Positions 61,696-64,000 of a stretch of 64,000 nt of DNA are shown piece after piece. How positions within the stretch are numbered: the stretch's first letter is position 1; every line of letters begins with the position of its first letter. The position numbers were made by a program, and so were the translations under genes. The DNA is taken from NCBI GenBank assembly GCA_035560235.1, contig DATMAG010000049.1, positions 24,300 through 88,299 of the forward strand, read 5' to 3'. The notes under the pieces are model-generated. The model saw only the letters and a program-made list of their open reading frames with translations, had not been told where the DNA came from and searched no databases. The DNA is from Blastocatellia bacterium (lineage in GTDB: Bacteria; Acidobacteriota; Blastocatellia; RBC074).

Positions 61696-62078
61696 CAATG
61701 TATTCCGTCCTTTCTTCATCGAAACCGTTTCGAGGTTGCAGGAGCAGTCAGGAAGTAATGCGAGTTGCTCCCGGCGTTGCTTCAGTTGAGGAACTGCACG
61801 TCAGTCTGCATCAGGAGAACGAAGGTTGCTGTTGCGAGGCGCTGATTTTATGAGACCGCAGCCCGCGCCGCCAGTCTGCGCCCGATGAATCGAAGAAAAA
61901 GCAGCGCAGAGATCACCAGCGGTAAATAATCACTCCGGGGTGCAACCTGATGACTTCGGGGTAGCATCAGTATCGCGGCTGCCGGACGGCAGTTATCCCC
62001 CCATAAAACCGAATGATCGCTGAGCCGGGCAGGGCTGCTTGCGTCACCGTAACGGCGCGATTAAGATTTCGGGTGCGT

Positions 62079-62336
62079 ATGCCACGCCGGATTAAAGTCG
62101 AGATCGTTGGACGAAATGATTACTGGCTGAATGCTGTGTTCGTCGAATGGGAACACGAGTTCCCGGAGCGACGGCTGGAAAGGGTCGAAGGCAATCTGTA
62201 CCTGATCGAGGAGGTGTGGCTGGAGGATTTGCAGCGCATCGCCGGTCAGGTTTTTGCCAGAGTATTGCGCTCGCCCGATGACCCTGGCCGCCGTCGTCTG
62301 TTCCGCTCGCTGCTGCCCGGTGGCCGTCGTCAGTGA
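62079..62336 (+). CDS. hypothetical small protein (85 aa)
   Basis: MPRRIKVEIVGRNDYWLNAVFVEWEHEFPERRLERVEGNLYLIEEVWLEDLQRIAG... is an ORF with no recognisable family. Its coding status is uncertain. Confidence 0.3.
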   Translation: MPRRIKVEIVGRNDYWLNAVFVEWEHEFPERRLERVEGNLYLIEEVWLEDLQRIAGQVFARVLRSPDDPGRRRLFRSLLPGGRRQ

Positions 62337-62387
62337 ATCTTTCACGAATCATCACCTTATCAATCATTACCTGGAGGCGTATTCAAG

Positions 62388-63227
62388 ATGAAGAAGAATC
62401 AGATCAGAATTGCAGTGCTGATGTGCGGGCTTGGCGTCATGCTCGGCACGGCGCTGCCCGCAGCTTCATATCCGCCGTATGTGCGACAGGCTGCGAAATT
62501 CGGCGCAAAGGACTGTCTGTTCTGTCACACCAAGGCCGAAGGCGGCGAAGGCTGGAACGATGTTGGCAAGTGGCTGATGGATGAACGCGACCGGCGCAAA
62601 GCCGATTCCATTGATGTCAACTGGCTGGCCGATTACAAACCGGGCAGTGCTGCCAGTGCAGGCAGGAGCGAAGCGGGCAAGTCTGCCGCCGCGCTGACAG
62701 CGGATGAGCGGGCAAAGGCCGTCAAACTGCTTCAGGACGCGCTCGATGAAACGCTCAGGGCGGTCGAGAATCTGACCGACGCGCAGTGGAATTACAAACC
62801 GGCTCCCGACAAATGGTCGGTCGGCCAGGTCAGCGAACACATTCTGAAAGCCGAAGGGCTGCTTTTCGGCGTCGTCGAAAAGACGCTGACCTCTCCGGTC
62901 AATCCTGACTGGGCGCAAACCGAAGGCAAGACTGAAATGCTGGAAAAGGCAGTGCTCAACCGCGAACAGAAGTTTCAGGCGCCTGAACCGCTGCAGCCGT
63001 CGGGCAATCTGACGCGCGCTGAATTCATCAGCCAGTTCAAGGAGGCTCGCGCCCGAACCATCAAATACGCCGAAGAGACGAGCCAGCCGCTCAAGGAACA
63101 CACGGCAGATCATCCGGCGCTCAAGACGCTCAACGGCTATCAGTGGCTGCTGCTGATTCCGCTGCACAACATGCGGCACAACCTCCAGATCAATGAGGTG
63201 AAGATGAGCGCCGGGTTCCCGAAATAG
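62388..63227 (+). CDS. secreted DinB_2-family (DinB/YfiT-like) protein with an N-terminal CxxCH heme-binding-type motif
   Basis: The signal peptide MKKNQIRIAVLMCGLGVMLGTALPAAS is followed by ...KDCLFCHTKAEGG... (CxxCH). The DinB_2 His motifs follow (...WSVGQVSEHIL... and ...PLHNMRHNLQI...). Confidence 0.6.
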   Translation: MKKNQIRIAVLMCGLGVMLGTALPAASYPPYVRQAAKFGAKDCLFCHTKAEGGEGWNDVGKWLMDERDRRKADSIDVNWLADYKPGSAASAGRSEAGKSAAALTADERAKAVKLLQDALDETLRAVENLTDAQWNYKPAPDKWSVGQVSEHILKAEGLLFGVVEKTLTSPVNPDWAQTEGKTEMLEKAVLNREQKFQAPEPLQPSGNLTRAEFISQFKEARARTIKYAEETSQPLKEHTADHPALKTLNGYQWLLLIPLHNMRHNLQINEVKMSAGFPK

Positions 63228-63430
63228 GCGCAGGATTGCAGGGCAGTGCTGGCAGCCCGCAAACAGAGCTTTGCAGGCTGCCAGCTTGACTTTTGCGCCT
63301 GGGAGGGAATAATTGCGGCGGGTCAGCTTTGAGACCGCCAGCAGCAGAGCACCTGAATTCCAGCCGCCGGTCACCAGTCTCTGAAGCCTTCACCGATCAG
63401 GCGGCAACAATCTGAAAGGTTCTGAAAGTC

Positions 63431-64000
63431 ATGTCGGACGAAAAGGATGTGAAAAGCGATCTCAGCCGCCGTCAGGCTCTGAAAAACATCGCGTTCGGTG
63501 TCGGCGTGGGCGCCAGTCTGCCGATCCTCGGTCAGAGCGCGCTCGCCCGCGATGACGACGAACACGCGCACAAACACGGCAGCCCGGCCAGGACTGCCCA
63601 GGGCAAAACCGCGCCGAAATTTTTCAATCCCGCTCAGATGGCGCTGATCGCGACGATCTCCGAACATATTATCCCGACCGATGACCATTCGCCCGGCGCG
63701 ATTGCGGCTGAAGTCCCGGCCTTCATTGATCTGATGATCAGCGAATCATCGGCTGAGACGAAGAAGCTGTGGACTGACGGACTCGCGGCGATGGACAAGC
63801 TGAGTCAGCAGAAATATCAGAAGGATTACAACAGCGCCGCGAAGGATCAGCAGATCGCCATCCTGACCGAAATCAGCAAAAACGAAATGAAGCCCGCGAC
63901 ACTCGAAGAGAAATTCTTCCGGGCGATCAAGAACCTGACGATTGACGGTTATTACACTTCAGAGATCGGCATCAAACAGGAGCTGCAGTACAAGGGCAAC
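63431..64000 (+). CDS. gluconate 2-dehydrogenase subunit 3-family protein (Tat-exported small subunit of a GMC-type dehydrogenase); the 5-prime end is in the window and the 3-prime end runs off the right edge
   Basis: My own translation is MSDEKDVKSDLSRRQALKNIAFGVGVGASLPILGQSALARDDDEH...PKFFNPAQMALIATISEHIIPTDDHSPGAIAAEVPAFIDLMIS... It has a Tat signal plus the conserved core of this family and stays open to the window end. Confidence 0.6.
   Translation, partial: MSDEKDVKSDLSRRQALKNIAFGVGVGASLPILGQSALARDDDEHAHKHGSPARTAQGKTAPKFFNPAQMALIATISEHIIPTDDHSPGAIAAEVPAFIDLMISESSAETKKLWTDGLAAMDKLSQQKYQKDYNSAAKDQQIAILTEISKNEMKPATLEEKFFRAIKNLTIDGYYTSEIGIKQELQYKGN

Overview
This is a high-GC (about 60% by eye, not computed) bacterial chromosomal segment with a dense, compact gene arrangement. 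I found no rRNA or tRNA genes, no CRISPR array, and no transposase or integrase.

The content points to a soil Acidobacteria-type genome, but this is an inference from content alone. The pointers are a DUF1549/DUF1553 planctomycete-cytochrome-c-domain protein next to a Tat-exported DUF1501 protein, two roughly 1,100-aa TonB-dependent receptors with N-terminal carboxypeptidase-regulatory-like domains, and large PIG-L-family deacetylases.

Housekeeping genes are clearly recognisable: hpt, ndk, proS, rnr, coaD, rsmD, galE, recJ, dtd, glnS and two class-I aminotransferases. They are interleaved with accessory and catabolic modules:
- A minus-strand run of myo-inositol oxygenase, a KGSADH-like aldehyde dehydrogenase, a PIG-L deacetylase and a Gfo/Idh/MocA oxidoreductase, next to a divergently transcribed TonB-dependent receptor.
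- An APC permease, PfkB sugar kinase and M20 amidohydrolase operon next to a GH4 glycosidase.
- A partial pilus/type II secretion-like cluster: PilN-like, PilO-like, a proline-rich IPT-domain protein and a GspG-like pseudopilin fold protein. It is followed by a 42-codon lysine/alanine-rich histone H1-like gene that is absent from the ORF track and has a textbook rho-independent terminator.
- An OmpA-like outer-membrane protein carrying PKD/Ig-like repeats.
- A patatin-like phospholipase next to a Uma2-family endonuclease.
- A secreted CxxCH-motif protein fused to a DinB_2 domain.

The most striking sequence-level signal is in the non-coding DNA. Several families of long palindromic elements recur in intergenic regions:
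- Family A (AATGGAACGCG...CGCGTTCCATT) occurs as a three-unit tandem array plus dispersed copies.
- Family B (GACGGTGTTCGGAGTYCCAGCTTYAGCTGG loop CCAGCTRAAGCTGGRACTCCGAACACCGTC) has three copies.
- Families C (GGTCAGTG-type) and D (CACGAAGG-type) sit at convergent gene junctions.
- A CAATCTGCAATCTG motif sits just upstream of two minus-strand start codons.

These elements generate spurious ORFs in the supplied track, as do long antisense ORFs typical of high-GC DNA. I treat both as artefacts.
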